From: an uncultured virus (IMG/VR IMGVR_UViG_3300027728_000010)
Lineage: Duplodnaviria > Heunggongvirae > Uroviricota > Caudoviricetes
Strand: one strand, 5' to 3'
DNA length: 64,000 nt
Virus record (IMG/VR): IMGVR_UViG_3300027728_000010
Below the pieces are notes generated by a model. The model was not told the origin of the DNA. It saw only the letters and a list, made by a program, of their open reading frames with translations, and ran no database searches. Made by a program: the position numbers and the translations under genes. This document shows, piece after piece, positions 38,231 through 49,815 of the stretch (positions within the stretch are counted from its first letter, which is position 1; each line of letters opens with the position of its first letter).

Positions 38231-40008
38231 AAATAAATGTACTTATATCTATTTTGTTTTTGCTGTTTAGTTTTTCTAATTTAAACGCACAAACATACAA
38301 TTATTCATATACGGACCCATGTACCGGAAATGTTAAAACAATCGTAGTGCCCATCAATGGCTCAGTCACTGTTGGGTATTATGGTTTTGTAAATAATTTT
38401 ACACAACAAGATTTTGTAAATGGAACATTTGAAACTTGGGCTAATAATGTTTTTTCACAATTTGATGGTTCACCTTGTTCAGAAATAATTGGACTATCAG
38501 GAACTATTAATATCGCTCAAGATGTTGCACTAAACACTATAGGGGTAATAACATCGTTGTCGGCTCTTATGGATATTTCAAATGGGGCGACTGATTTTTT
38601 AAGTGGAACCTTAACCGCTGCATCAAATTCATCCAATTCAAAAGGAAATAAAAATAACAAAGGGAATAATTCCCAAAATGGAAGTGGAAACAACGGTAAT
38701 AATATAACACCAAACACTAACAATTCCACAACCAATAATAATCAAAACCAAACTAATGGAACAAGTAACACTAATGAAGGAAGTACAACCACTACTGGAA
38801 CAAATGAAACAAGTTCAAACGGAGGAAATGAAACCACTAATCCAAATGCTGGAACTCAAACTTCAACACAAGCAGGAGGAACTACAACTCAAAGTGGAAC
38901 AAATGAAAATGGAAATTCACAGACTAACCAGTCTATAAATAATCAAAATAATAATACGAATGAAAACAATAGCACTACTAATGGCGTTGGGAATACTGGG
39001 GGGAATAGTGGGAACGGGAATAGTACAAATGGTGAGGGAAATACTCAACAAGGACAAGAAGTAAACCAAAACACCTCATCAGAAAATAACCAAACAACAA
39101 CACAAGAAGGTCAAACTACAAATAACCAAACAACAACAACACAAGAAGGTCAAACTACAAATAACCAAACAACAACAACACAAGAAGGTCAAACTACAAA
39201 TAACCAAACAACAACAACCACAAACGGACAAACATCTAACGGAGGTACAGGTTCAAATGGTAATCAAACAAATACTGAAGAACAAACAACCCCTGAAGAA
39301 AGTGGAGGACAAATTAATATAACACAAGGAGCAACTAAAACCATAAATCAAAATAAGGAAGGAGGTAAACCAACGGTAATCGCATCAAGTGATTTTGTTG
39401 GGTTTAACTTTCAAAATTCAGAAGTAACAACAGGTTTGAAATTAACTGGTGGGTATCACAATATGAGATGGGATGGTGAAACTGCACGTGGAGGGTTGGT
39501 TGATTATGTATCGGCACAAAAAGGTCCAAACATTACCGGATATCACGCATGGATTAACAAAAAATCTATGGGGTTATTATCGGGGACACTTTCAGTAGGT
39601 TTTGAAGGTAGAGGTTCACTTTACGGAACATTAGCGGGGGGACAAATATTTATGTTTCCAAAAGTACCGGGGTTAAAGGCCGTTTATATGGGTACGGTAT
39701 CTTATGGTCAAGTATATAAAACATCGTTTATTGGAAGTGCTATTATTGGTGGTGGTATGTATGATTTAAAACTAGGTAGAAGATTTGACGTAAAACTTAT
39801 GGGGTTATTTGTTTATTCACCATATGTAAGTTATTATAATGACTTGGTTTTAAAATCACCTTATGTAATATTACCAACAATAGGTACAAATATTGCAATT
39901 ACAAAAAGGTTTAAATTCAACATAAATGGTGGAGGAGCTTGGGCTATTAAAGTTAATACATTAAATTATACAATAACATGTGGAACAAGATTATTAATTG
40001 GACAATAA
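38227..40008 (+). CDS. secreted protein with N/T/Q/G low-complexity linker and probable C-terminal beta-barrel
   Basis: signal peptide; alternating Gly/aromatic strands at the C-terminus. Confidence 0.7.
   Translation: MKINVLISILFLLFSFSNLNAQTYNYSYTDPCTGNVKTIVVPINGSVTVGYYGFVNNFTQQDFVNGTFETWANNVFSQFDGSPCSEIIGLSGTINIAQDVALNTIGVITSLSALMDISNGATDFLSGTLTAASNSSNSKGNKNNKGNNSQNGSGNNGNNITPNTNNSTTNNNQNQTNGTSNTNEGSTTTTGTNETSSNGGNETTNPNAGTQTSTQAGGTTTQSGTNENGNSQTNQSINNQNNNTNENNSTTNGVGNTGGNSGNGNSTNGEGNTQQGQEVNQNTSSENNQTTTQEGQTTNNQTTTTQEGQTTNNQTTTTQEGQTTNNQTTTTTNGQTSNGGTGSNGNQTNTEEQTTPEESGGQINITQGATKTINQNKEGGKPTVIASSDFVGFNFQNSEVTTGLKLTGGYHNMRWDGETARGGLVDYVSAQKGPNITGYHAWINKKSMGLLSGTLSVGFEGRGSLYGTLAGGQIFMFPKVPGLKAVYMGTVSYGQVYKTSFIGSAIIGGGMYDLKLGRRFDVKLMGLFVYSPYVSYYNDLVLKSPYVILPTIGTNIAITKRFKFNINGGGAWAIKVNTLNYTITCGTRLLIGQ
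39085..39218 (+). repeat. 36-39 bp coding tandem repeat (NNQTTTTQEGQTT)
   Basis: about 3.5 contiguous copies with no spacers. Confidence 0.9.
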
Positions 40009-41654
40009 TATTACTTTCAACTTTTACGTTGAATGGTCAGAATTTTACATATTCTGGTTATATCTATAATGCTGACGGAACAGGTGCGGTAAACGTTCCT
40101 GTAAAGTTATATAAAAGAACAACTCCTGTAATGAATGGGTTTACATCCCAAACAAATTATAATGGACATTCATATTATAGGTCAACAACATCAACATTTT
40201 GGTCAAACGCTAAAACTGCTTGTGAAGCAATGAATGGACATTTGGCAACTATATCAAATGCTGCTGAAAATTCATTTCTTTTTAATACATGGCCTTCAGG
40301 ATGGATTGGATATTACCAAGATAACACGGGAGCTTTTTATTCAGAACCTTTAGGTGGATGGAGATGGACAGAAAACTATGTAACAAATGGAAGAGTTAAT
40401 AATTATGATGTGTTTAATTATACATCAGGACCAACTTTGATTGACCAAACAAATGCAAATAATATAACACTTAGTAATTCACCAATTTTTACAAGTACTG
40501 GAGGTAAGTACTTAACTTTTAATGGGGTTAATCAATATGGTATCACACCAAGTCTTACACATCATTTTGGCTCTTCTAAAGTAATAACATTAGTTGCTTG
40601 GGTTTATCCCACAGGTAATGGGGTAATAGTAAGTGAGTTGGGGGTTTCTTCACCAGCTTCAGGATGGCATGAATCGGTTATGGAGATTACAGGGGGTAAT
40701 ACCCTTCGTGTTGGATTTTGGAATGGTATAAGTATCACACAACTATCAACACCAATTACTTTGAATCAATGGACTATGATTGCCTTGACGTATGATGGGA
40801 CCACTATGAAAGGTTATAGGAATGGAACTAATTTTGGTTCAGTAAACTTTGTAAGAGAAGCCCCACATACTAATGGTGGTGGTAACCAAACATTTGCAAT
40901 TGGATTAAGTGACGCTACTAATATGGGAAGTGGGGCATATGGTTCTTTTAGGTTAGGTGCGTTTCAAGTATATAACACTTGTTTAAGTTTGGATGAAATT
41001 AATAGATGTTATATGTCTTTATCATATAGATTTGGATTAAATCCATACCTTTCTTGGAATGGTGGTGAACCAAATAACTCTGGTAGTGAAGATTACGCCC
41101 AATTTGTTGGAGCGGGTTTATGGAATGATTTACCAAATGGAGTTTCATTACCATACGTGTTAGAATTTGACTACATTGTTAACTATACCCCGTGGTCTTT
41201 GTATAAAACCGTTTATACAAACTCACAAGGATATTGGAATTTCAATGAACCTAGTAATCCATCAGTGGAATGGTATCTACAATTAGACCCAGCAACTCCT
41301 GTAACTCAATTAACCACTAATGATATGGTTGAAGTTTCAAAATTAATTTTAGGTATAACACCATTAAGAAGTGTTCACTATAATAGATATGATGTAAATT
41401 ATGATGGTAGAATAAACGTCGCCGATGAAAACTACATTAATTTAAAAAGAATTAATTTTTTACCTAATTGGATTAATACTTCACTTGCAAGATATTACAC
41501 AACGGCTCAATATACAACTTTAATAAACAATACCACAGATTTAAGAACAACAATACCTGGGGTTACATCAATAACAATAAACATGCCGGTTAATAATTCA
41601 TCTGTTAATTATTACTTAATTGCTCCGGCATATAAATCAACCGTAAATTACTAA
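39978..41654 (+). CDS. secreted lectin: C-type lectin with inserted LamG domain plus dockerin-like C-terminus
   Basis: WSNAKTACEAMNGHLATI..EN; WNGGEPNN..ED..WND; LNQWTMIALTYDG; DVNYDGRINVAD. Confidence 0.8.
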   Translation: MWNKIINWTIILLSTFTLNGQNFTYSGYIYNADGTGAVNVPVKLYKRTTPVMNGFTSQTNYNGHSYYRSTTSTFWSNAKTACEAMNGHLATISNAAENSFLFNTWPSGWIGYYQDNTGAFYSEPLGGWRWTENYVTNGRVNNYDVFNYTSGPTLIDQTNANNITLSNSPIFTSTGGKYLTFNGVNQYGITPSLTHHFGSSKVITLVAWVYPTGNGVIVSELGVSSPASGWHESVMEITGGNTLRVGFWNGISITQLSTPITLNQWTMIALTYDGTTMKGYRNGTNFGSVNFVREAPHTNGGGNQTFAIGLSDATNMGSGAYGSFRLGAFQVYNTCLSLDEINRCYMSLSYRFGLNPYLSWNGGEPNNSGSEDYAQFVGAGLWNDLPNGVSLPYVLEFDYIVNYTPWSLYKTVYTNSQGYWNFNEPSNPSVEWYLQLDPATPVTQLTTNDMVEVSKLILGITPLRSVHYNRYDVNYDGRINVADENYINLKRINFLPNWINTSLARYYTTAQYTTLINNTTDLRTTIPGVTSITINMPVNNSSVNYYLIAPAYKSTVNY

Positions 41655-42466
41655 TGAAAAAATTATTAATAACCTTACTAATACCTTTTAGCTTATTTGG
41701 TCAAGCTCCCCCACCTGCACCACCACCACCTGAGGCCGCGGACTCACCACCAACTGAAGATTTTGGTAATACTCAAAATAATATTAACGGAGCACAAAGT
41801 AGGTCTTTTGGTGGGGGTTCAATAATTAAACCAAATCCAATTTTAACATCTGCAGATTTCGCTTTCGTACAAAACCCAACATATGAAAGTGGATGGAGGT
41901 ACGGAACAGGTATTGGATATAGTAAAGTTAATATGGGTAAAGGTTTTGGTATAAATGCGATGATAACTTTTGATTTAACCCAACAAACATATTCTTTATA
42001 TTATAGAAGAAATGATTGGTATTTTCATTTAAACACCGGTAAAATGGGTTTCACTTTAAATAATGGTTTAAGTGTAACTAAAATATGGGAACTTGGAAAA
42101 ATGTATGATTTAACCTTGGGGGTTCAAGTAGGTAATTCAATAGTTATAAATGGAGATAAAGATTCTGCAAATGCTTACTTTGTTAATGTCCCATATCTTG
42201 TTTTAATTGCACAAAAAGAAATAATAATAACAAAAAAATTAGAGTGGAGACCTGAGGCCTTCATTACATTATGTTCACCATATTATGATATAGGTAAAAA
42301 ATACTTTTCAACATCAAATACATTTAATGCGGTTGTTGGAAATAATATATCATTTAGTTTAACAAAAAGGTTTAGATTAAACGTTAATTGGAGAATGAAT
42401 ATGAATACAACCCCAAAGTGGGGATTAATGAATAATGTTCTTATTGGAACAAACTTAAAATTTTAA
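41654..42466 (+). CDS. putative outer-membrane beta-barrel protein
   Basis: signal peptide, Pro-rich linker, C-terminal IGTNLKF. Confidence 0.65.
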   Translation: MKKLLITLLIPFSLFGQAPPPAPPPPEAADSPPTEDFGNTQNNINGAQSRSFGGGSIIKPNPILTSADFAFVQNPTYESGWRYGTGIGYSKVNMGKGFGINAMITFDLTQQTYSLYYRRNDWYFHLNTGKMGFTLNNGLSVTKIWELGKMYDLTLGVQVGNSIVINGDKDSANAYFVNVPYLVLIAQKEIIITKKLEWRPEAFITLCSPYYDIGKKYFSTSNTFNAVVGNNISFSLTKRFRLNVNWRMNMNTTPKWGLMNNVLIGTNLKF

Positions 42467-42469
42467 AAT

Positions 42470-42919
42470 ATGAAAAATTTATTATTATTATTATTCATCC
42501 TATTAGGTTTGAATGTGATTGCACAAGATTGTGTATATGTTGATTCGGTTTATAATACCGCTAAACTTAAAGAGATGGGTAATAGAGATATCAGGTTTGG
42601 TATTAAACAAATCGTGGAAGATGAAGTATCAGAAAAGTTTTGTTTATCAGAAGATGGAAAAGATATTGATGTTGAGGTATTTTATTTTGGATTACCTAAA
42701 ACAACAATAAGGGTTATTGGTATTGAAAAAACAGAAACCAAAACTCAAGTAGGTGTAAGATTATACTATGACGGAAAATGTTATGAAGGGGTTGGTGAAT
42801 CAGAAACCGAAATAAGAGCAATTATGATTGAAGTTAAAGAGGGTATGTTACCTTTTGAAAAAATGACCGTATCATCTGCACTTAAAAAAGCAATTCACGA
42901 AGCTGTTGGTAAACTATGA
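42470..42919 (+). CDS. secreted protein, possibly a distant CsgG-like paralog
   Basis: signal peptide; GVGESE...VSSALKKAI echoes 37490 C-terminus. Confidence 0.55.
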   Translation: MKNLLLLLFILLGLNVIAQDCVYVDSVYNTAKLKEMGNRDIRFGIKQIVEDEVSEKFCLSEDGKDIDVEVFYFGLPKTTIRVIGIEKTETKTQVGVRLYYDGKCYEGVGESETEIRAIMIEVKEGMLPFEKMTVSSALKKAIHEAVGKL

Positions 42920-43362
42920 GAATATTGATATTATTAATATCGACTTTTATATTAAATCAATCATTTTCACAAATGAAAATAACTGATGTTGGAGATGGTT
43001 GGAAGACCAAAATAGAACAAGCGTTAGACACTATAAAAAAATATGATACTATCAAATATAATATCATAATTTCAAAATGTTCAAATGTTGGATATTGGAA
43101 TAATGGATTTGCAACAACTGAATTACCAAGCACAATTCTTATACCAACCAAAGAAATGAATTATGGTAATGTTTATAATATTTCGGCAATATTGGTTCAC
43201 GAAAGTTTTCATTTACTTACCTGTAATCAAACTATCACTGATATCCAAGAAGAATATTTTGCATATAACTATGAGTTTAATTTTTTAAATAAAATACCAA
43301 AAGTTGATAGTTGGTTAATTGAAAACGCCAAAAACAAAATTGAATTTTATTCAAAACCTTAG
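42916..43362 (+). CDS. secreted HExxH metallopeptidase-like protein
   Basis: ILVHESFH...EEYFAY. Confidence 0.65.
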   Translation: MRILILLISTFILNQSFSQMKITDVGDGWKTKIEQALDTIKKYDTIKYNIIISKCSNVGYWNNGFATTELPSTILIPTKEMNYGNVYNISAILVHESFHLLTCNQTITDIQEEYFAYNYEFNFLNKIPKVDSWLIENAKNKIEFYSKP

Positions 43363-43397
43363 TTGATTTAGTCAATCAATTATTTTATTTTTTAGGT

Positions 43398-44519
43398 ATG
43401 AAAAGAATTTTAGTCATATACCTTTCACTACTTTTATTTTCCTGTGGGCCAACTTACAAATACGAAATTATTAACCCAAAAGGAAAGTCATTCTATTGTA
43501 ATTTTTATAATGAAACGGGTAATGGCTGTGTTCTTTTTAACAAGAGTTCTGGGTTAAATAACACACCAGGAGAACCATATATGATTTGTGGTAAATATAA
43601 AATTAAAAAATTAAAATAAAATGAAAAAAGAAGAGCCCGAAATTGGATTATTGTTTGTAATGATTTTAGGTTTTTTACTAGGTATGGCTTTAATATCCTG
43701 TGAAGAAAAAAAAGAACCAGAAATTGTAATAGAATTATCAAAAGATAGTAAAAACTCTACTAGTAATGTTGATGAATATGCCTATCGATTGCAAATATGT
43801 GAAGTAAATTTTTTAACTAAAATTTGGTAGTCTAAAATTTATTTCTTATATTTGTTGTTATAAACTAGTAAATTAAAAATATGAAAAAGGTGTCTTTTGC
43901 GGATGATTACTTTAAATCTAAATTCGGTTCATATGACTATGTTCTTTTGGATGGAACTCGTTTATATGAATACGATAAATGGTCAAATAATATAAAAACT
44001 TTAGAGCGTGAAAAAATACGAATCACAAAACTCAATCCAGAATTGGGTGATAGATTAGTAATCGTTAAAACACAGATACGAGATTTTTAATTTATTGTTT
44101 ATAACAAGGTTGTGAGTATATAGTGGTAGGACCAAAAAACCGTAGATGGGGTTCACATAAAGGAAATTGTAAAAATCCAATCCATAAAAAATAAAATGAC
44201 AGAACAAGAAATACTTAGATTTGGTGAAATTCAATACCTTAAAGGTAGGTTAGATGAGTTGTATAAAGCATTACCCACCATTACAAATTTGGATAGAAGA
44301 CGTAGAATAGACCAAAGAATTGAAAAATACATAAATAAGTTGAAACGTGTTGACGAAGTTGCGTATAGATTATATGAAGTTGAGTTAATGGCAACAACAA
44401 GGGTAAAAAACAAGGGCAAACAAGATATTAAAGATTTATTACAACAAATTCTTATTAATGAAAATATTATGAATGAAGATATTCTTAAAAGAATAAATAA
44501 TAAAATTGAAAGTTTGTAG
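43398..44519 (+). CDS. short hypothetical ORFs including small lipoproteins
   Basis: ORF track; LFSC and LISC lipoboxes. Confidence 0.55.
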
Positions 44520-44893
44520 TGACAAAAAAACCTGATAATGTTTCCGATAATCCAAGTATTCTTCCATACGGAAGTAATGTTGGGGCACCTGCAATTGTTG
44601 TTAACGATATACAACATTGGAAAGAACCAAGAATAATATCTGTCAACCAACAATTTGAAGATAAGTTTTTGGAACTAAAAAAAGAGTATGAAAAGTTAAT
44701 TGAAGAATATAAGTGGAACGAATTGGTTTATAAGGCTAAATTTAGTTTTGAACCAGTAATTGGAAAAGTGTATCATTTATATTACAATAAAGAGGGTAAT
44801 ATATTTCTTTCACTCATTTCACCAACAGAATGGAAATTTGAACATATTGGGTCTTTTAAATACAATTACGATAATAAATGGATAAAATTATAA
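44519..44893 (+). CDS. DUF2452-like protein
   Basis: LPYGSNVGAP...FSFEPVIGKVYHLY...LSLISPTEW. Confidence 0.75.
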   Translation: MTKKPDNVSDNPSILPYGSNVGAPAIVVNDIQHWKEPRIISVNQQFEDKFLELKKEYEKLIEEYKWNELVYKAKFSFEPVIGKVYHLYYNKEGNIFLSLISPTEWKFEHIGSFKYNYDNKWIKL

Positions 44894-45093
44894 TAAAACA
44901 AAATGAAAGCAACTAAAGACTTCGAATTCGTACTAAAAGTTTTAAGTTCTTGTAAAACAAAAGAACAAATAAAAACTACTGAAAAACTTTTTGATAATTT
45001 TAAAAATAAATGGGGAAACACTATGGAGTGTTTTGAAATGATAGATTTAATGTTTAAATTTGAAAATAAAAGAAAAAAACTTAAAAAAATATT

Positions 45094-45786
45094 ATGATAC
45101 TCACCATAATTTCAGACACACACAACAACCACAAAAAAGTTACAGGTGATTTACCGGGTGGTGATTTGTTAATACATGCTGGTGATTTGAGTTCTATGGG
45201 TTATGAGCATGAAATTCGTGAGTTTGCAAAGTGGTTTGATAGTTTAGACAATTATACAAGTAAAGTTTTTATTTCAGGTAATCACGATTGGGGGTTTCAA
45301 AACAACTCTGAAAAAATTAAAGAGATTATTGGTTTTTATAAAGACATCAACTATCTTGAAGATGATTTTATGGGGATAATAGAAGGGGGTGGTCCTGAAG
45401 TTAAAATTTGGGGTAGTCCTTGGCAACCTGAGTTTTATAACTGGGCATTCAATTTACCACGAAATGGTGATGAGTTGAAATCGAAGTGGGATATGATACC
45501 TGACGACATAGATATATTAATAACTCACGGACCAGCTTGGGGTATTTTAGATGATGTTGAAGGTAGAAGAGGATATCACTTGGGTTGTGAGTTACTTGCG
45601 GAGAGAATTAAACAAATAAAACCAAAAATTCATATCTGTGGACACATTCATAGTGGTTACGGACATTATTACGATGGACATACTCATTACTTTAACGCGG
45701 CGGTATTAAATGAACGATACTTATATTCCCATATGCCTTGGAATGTTGATTGGAACCCAATAACAAATGAGATTGTTTTTTTATAA
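45094..45786 (+). CDS. calcineurin-like metallophosphoesterase
   Basis: SDTH, HAGD, GNHD, THGP, GHIH. Confidence 0.93.
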   Translation: MILTIISDTHNNHKKVTGDLPGGDLLIHAGDLSSMGYEHEIREFAKWFDSLDNYTSKVFISGNHDWGFQNNSEKIKEIIGFYKDINYLEDDFMGIIEGGGPEVKIWGSPWQPEFYNWAFNLPRNGDELKSKWDMIPDDIDILITHGPAWGILDDVEGRRGYHLGCELLAERIKQIKPKIHICGHIHSGYGHYYDGHTHYFNAAVLNERYLYSHMPWNVDWNPITNEIVFL

Positions 45787-45812
45787 AATAAACCACTCGA
45801 AAGGGTGGTTTA

Positions 45813-46499
45813 TTATTTAAGATTTAAATCAAACCAATCTATTTCAGGGTTAAAAAATCTTACGTTAGAAGAAAAAATAGACATCACATCTTGTAAAAAA
45901 TCATCATATAGAAAATCCAAATAGTCGTCATAAACAGGACCAATTTGTACAGCATTGAAAAAATCCTTTTTAGAAATAATATCAACCGTTTCTTGAGGGT
46001 ATGTAATTTTTTTTATTTTTAGAAAATCGTAATCTACTTCTATTTCTGTGTGCTGACCCGTTGGATATACCATAAATTTTTTATATCTACAATCAATATC
46101 AAACTCAACATCATCTGATTTAAAATTAATTTTTGTTTTTGGGGATAATATTTTTTCAATTTCTTGTTTGTCTTTTTTTCCTATATAAGCATTGTATCTT
46201 GGTTTATGCCAAAATTTAACAATAAAATCTTGGTATAACATGAGGTCAATATTCATAATACGTGCAAAACTTTTGAATTCATCCATTATAATATTATGTA
46301 AGATATTATAATTAAAAGAATAATCATTAGGGTTTGCAACGTCCCAAATAATTTCATTTTCTTTTTTATTATAAGTTGGTTCTAAAAATAAACCTTCAAA
46401 TTCAATAGGTTGTCTATTTAAAAACCTATCATAAAAATACCAAACGTAGTCAATATTCTCGGTCTCTTCTTTTAATACTTGTCTAATCAAACGTTTCAT
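45813..46499 (-). CDS. hypothetical protein with LIRQVLKEE leader
   Basis: 228-aa ORF. Confidence 0.7.
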   Translation of the reverse strand: MKRLIRQVLKEETENIDYVWYFYDRFLNRQPIEFEGLFLEPTYNKKENEIIWDVANPNDYSFNYNILHNIIMDEFKSFARIMNIDLMLYQDFIVKFWHKPRYNAYIGKKDKQEIEKILSPKTKINFKSDDVEFDIDCRYKKFMVYPTGQHTEIEVDYDFLKIKKITYPQETVDIISKKDFFNAVQIGPVYDDYLDFLYDDFLQDVMSIFSSNVRFFNPEIDWFDLNLK

Positions 46500-46535
46500 G
46501 TTATATTATAAATATAATACTGAATATTTATTAGT

Positions 46536-47780
46536 ATGAGAATTATAATAACTGAATCACAACTTAAAATTTTAAATGAGGTTGTAGGAGTACCTGAGAA
46601 TATATTAGATGCTGCTGAAAAACTATATAACGAGGTTGAAAAACACGTAAAATCAATTGACACCAAAGAAGAAGAATATGAATTTGATGGTAGTTTGGAT
46701 GTGGAGATGGGAACAAAAAAGAAAATACAAATCACAGACTACGAACTAACGGTTAAAATTGAAGAAGTTGAAAATTACAAAGGTAAGCCCGATATTATAT
46801 CAATGGGGGTTGCACAAGCTTTTATGTTTGACAGAAGAATTTTAATGAAAGTATCTGAAAAAACGGCAAAATTGAATTTATTTATAACTTTTGTTGTTGG
46901 TGAAAATTGGGAACCAAATGAGTTATTTGAAGTGATGGAAAATGATAAAACTAATCAAACTGCGTCACTTGCTCACGAACTAAAACACAAGTATGATAAA
47001 CAAGCAAAACCATTTGCACTAATAGGTAAAGATGCAGAATACCAAGCAGTTCAAAGGGTTGGCACATTTGGAATACCTGCAATTGACAAAAAATTTTTCA
47101 GATATGCTTATTTTATTTCAGGGATTGAAAATTTGGTAAGACCAACTGAAATTGCTTCACAAATGAAAAGTAAAAATCTTAAAAAGTCAGAATTTGAAGA
47201 GTTTACAAAAACAGAAAGAGTTTTTCAAGAACTAAATCAAATTAAAAATTACACCTTTGAGAAGTTTATTGAAGATATAAAATCAAATATGGGAAGAGTT
47301 GATGCTCTTTTAGATTTTGTTGGTGAAGATTATTCTGATATGACTGATGATGAAAAAATTAAAGCAGTATTAGACCTTGTATATATTAACATTACTAATC
47401 ACAGAGCTGAAATTTTTATGAATATGACTGCTGATAGTATGGATGATTTAATAAGAATGTCTTCCGTTTTTGGCCAACTGCCAAGCCAACTTATTAAAAA
47501 GGCAAAAGAATTAGAAAAAACAGATGAAGTAAGAAAAAAGTTTTTAAGTTATATTTCCAAAAATCAAAATAACCCGATAAAATTTTTTGAAGATGAAATT
47601 GAAAATTTTAACTATGTTGCAAACAAAATGTTAAAAAAACTTTCAAAACTTTACTCCATCGCAAAAGATGACGATGTTAATGAATCAATACAAAATTGGG
47701 ATTTACATCAAAAATTAATGGAAAAAAAATATGGTAAAAGAAAAATAGACACAACTTACAAATACAAAAACTTTAAATAA
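46536..47780 (+). CDS. HExxH protein with IIITESQ leader
   Basis: AHELKH. Confidence 0.7.
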   Translation: MRIIITESQLKILNEVVGVPENILDAAEKLYNEVEKHVKSIDTKEEEYEFDGSLDVEMGTKKKIQITDYELTVKIEEVENYKGKPDIISMGVAQAFMFDRRILMKVSEKTAKLNLFITFVVGENWEPNELFEVMENDKTNQTASLAHELKHKYDKQAKPFALIGKDAEYQAVQRVGTFGIPAIDKKFFRYAYFISGIENLVRPTEIASQMKSKNLKKSEFEEFTKTERVFQELNQIKNYTFEKFIEDIKSNMGRVDALLDFVGEDYSDMTDDEKIKAVLDLVYINITNHRAEIFMNMTADSMDDLIRMSSVFGQLPSQLIKKAKELEKTDEVRKKFLSYISKNQNNPIKFFEDEIENFNYVANKMLKKLSKLYSIAKDDDVNESIQNWDLHQKLMEKKYGKRKIDTTYKYKNFK

Positions 47781-48010
47781 AATGATTTTAACAATTGCAA
47801 TTTTTCTAATAGTTTTAATTTTAGTTTTCATCAAAGATAGTGTTGATGCCATTACTTTTGTTTGGGTTGAAAATCCAAAATTTGCAATCATTTCAATATT
47901 GGTTATAATATTTTTAATGTATTTTTTCTTTTTTGAACCATTAAAACTTTTTTATGATTTTTTAGAAACGGGAGTTTTTTAAATCAAATTATTTTCATAT
48001 CTTTATTTTT

Positions 48011-48616
48011 ATGAAAGTATTATTTTTAGATAATGATGGGGTAATTTGTTTATCCAACAATTGGGGTGGTCGTTCTAAAAAATGGTCCAAGTACCGTTCA
48101 GCAAATCCCGACAGTAGTAAGGAAAAGAAAGATGCGCCTGTTGAATATCGTTTTGATGACTTTGATAGTAAAGCGATTAAAGTTCTTAATGAAATTATTG
48201 AAGATACTGGCTGTGAAATTGTTGTAAGTTCTGATTGGAGACTTCACGCAAATTTGGAAGAACTTGGATACTATTATATGAAACAAGGAATAATAAAAAA
48301 ACCAATTGCGGTTACCGATATATTCCAAGACATTTTTCCAAAAGAATGGAACGCATTTAGATTTCGTGCTGATTTAGAATTAGAAAGAAGTATGGAGATT
48401 AATCATTGGTTAGAAAATCATCCTGAAATAACTCATTGGGTTGCAGTTGATGATTTAAATATGAGTGTGGAGTTTTTAGGTGATAGATTTTCTTCTAAAG
48501 ACGGGTCCGACAAGAAACCTGGTTTATTTAATTTCGTATTAACTCCAAAATCAAGTGAAGGAATTAAACAAAGTGGAATTAAAGAAAAAATAATTAAATA
48601 TTTGAAAGATGAGTGA
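48011..48616 (+). CDS. HAD-family phosphatase (HAD_SAK_2-like, RNA repair-associated)
   Basis: FLDNDGV, IVVSSDWR, WVAVDDL. Confidence 0.85.
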   Translation: MKVLFLDNDGVICLSNNWGGRSKKWSKYRSANPDSSKEKKDAPVEYRFDDFDSKAIKVLNEIIEDTGCEIVVSSDWRLHANLEELGYYYMKQGIIKKPIAVTDIFQDIFPKEWNAFRFRADLELERSMEINHWLENHPEITHWVAVDDLNMSVEFLGDRFSSKDGSDKKPGLFNFVLTPKSSEGIKQSGIKEKIIKYLKDE

Positions 48617-48778
48617 CAAGTTTAAAAATCTTAAAGTAGGAGATAGAGTAAAAACTAAATTATCAGGAATGGCAATTGTAATAGAAGTTGGTTGTTATGG
48701 TGGACATATGGTAAAATTAATGTGCGACAATCCAAGGTGGTGTTGTCCTTATTTTTATAAAACTGAATTAGAATTGGT

Positions 48779-49165
48779 ATGATGACTAAAGAAGAGATGA
48801 ATGATTATCTTGAGTCAATAGGTGGACTTGAGAATGGTATGTATTCTAACAAACCAAAAATTACTAGTTGTAACTTTTTTGATGTTGATGCTGGTTGGTA
48901 TTTGTTGATTAAAAATTTAATTGACGAACTCATAAAATTGGGTTGGGATAAAAAAATAACACAAGTAAAAGAAAAGTTTGGAGGCTTAAGATTTTATATT
49001 AATGGTGGGTCTGATGAGATATATGAAAAAATTACCGAAGCGGAAAAGTTAAGTTATGAAACATGTGAACTTTGCGGTAAAAAAGGAGAATTAAGAACAA
49101 AAATACGTTGGTTTACAACTTTATGTGATGAACATTATGAACAAAAACATACACCATTTATTTAA
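48779..49165 (+). CDS. conserved phage protein (QVKEKFGGLRFY, CxxC)
   Basis: recurring phage motif. Confidence 0.75.
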   Translation: MMTKEEMNDYLESIGGLENGMYSNKPKITSCNFFDVDAGWYLLIKNLIDELIKLGWDKKITQVKEKFGGLRFYINGGSDEIYEKITEAEKLSYETCELCGKKGELRTKIRWFTTLCDEHYEQKHTPFI

Positions 49166-49451
49166 AACAAATCCATCACTTTTAGACAATGTAGAAGTTC
49201 AGGAACTAATTGAATATTGTCGTGAGTTAGAAGGTAAAATACTTGAAAGAAAAATTGAAGATGAGTATAGTAAAGAACAATATTATGCTCAAGTCTTCAA
49301 AGACATATATCAAAGTTGTAACGATACGTTAAACGACGATGCGTTGGCTGAAAGGTTCAAAGAAACACCGAGAGTTGATTTTAAAGAAACTATATCCAAC
49401 TTAAAAAAATATATGTTAGAAATGTGTAGATTATATAAATTAGATTTGTAA
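49137..49451 (+). CDS. hypothetical protein
   Basis: ORF track. Confidence 0.6.
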   Translation: MNKNIHHLFKTNPSLLDNVEVQELIEYCRELEGKILERKIEDEYSKEQYYAQVFKDIYQSCNDTLNDDALAERFKETPRVDFKETISNLKKYMLEMCRLYKLDL

Positions 49452-49815
49452 AATTAAAATAATTTCTTATCTTTGTTTTTATGAAAAAACCTTGTAAGGA
49501 ATGCCCGCACCTTATTCGTAATCGTCATAACGATGTTATTGTTGATTTTGCTAAGAGAACTGGTAAAAAACATAATTGTCATATGACTGAAGGGAAAAAA
49601 GATTTATGGAATGTTACAGATAAAAAATTAGAATGTTATGGAAGTAAAAATGGTTAAAGAAAAAGTGGTTGAAATCATCCAAAAAAATCGAAACTTGAAT
49701 CAAAATGAATTAATTTGGTTACCTGAAATACGAAATTATAATTTACCAACTTCAACTATATTAGTATTAATAGAAATGGTAAAAAAAAATCAAAAATAAT
49801 TCATATATTTGTCAA

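Noticed and set aside
39085..39218. Second CRISPR-like repeat
   Set aside because: Contiguous coding tandem repeat without spacers.
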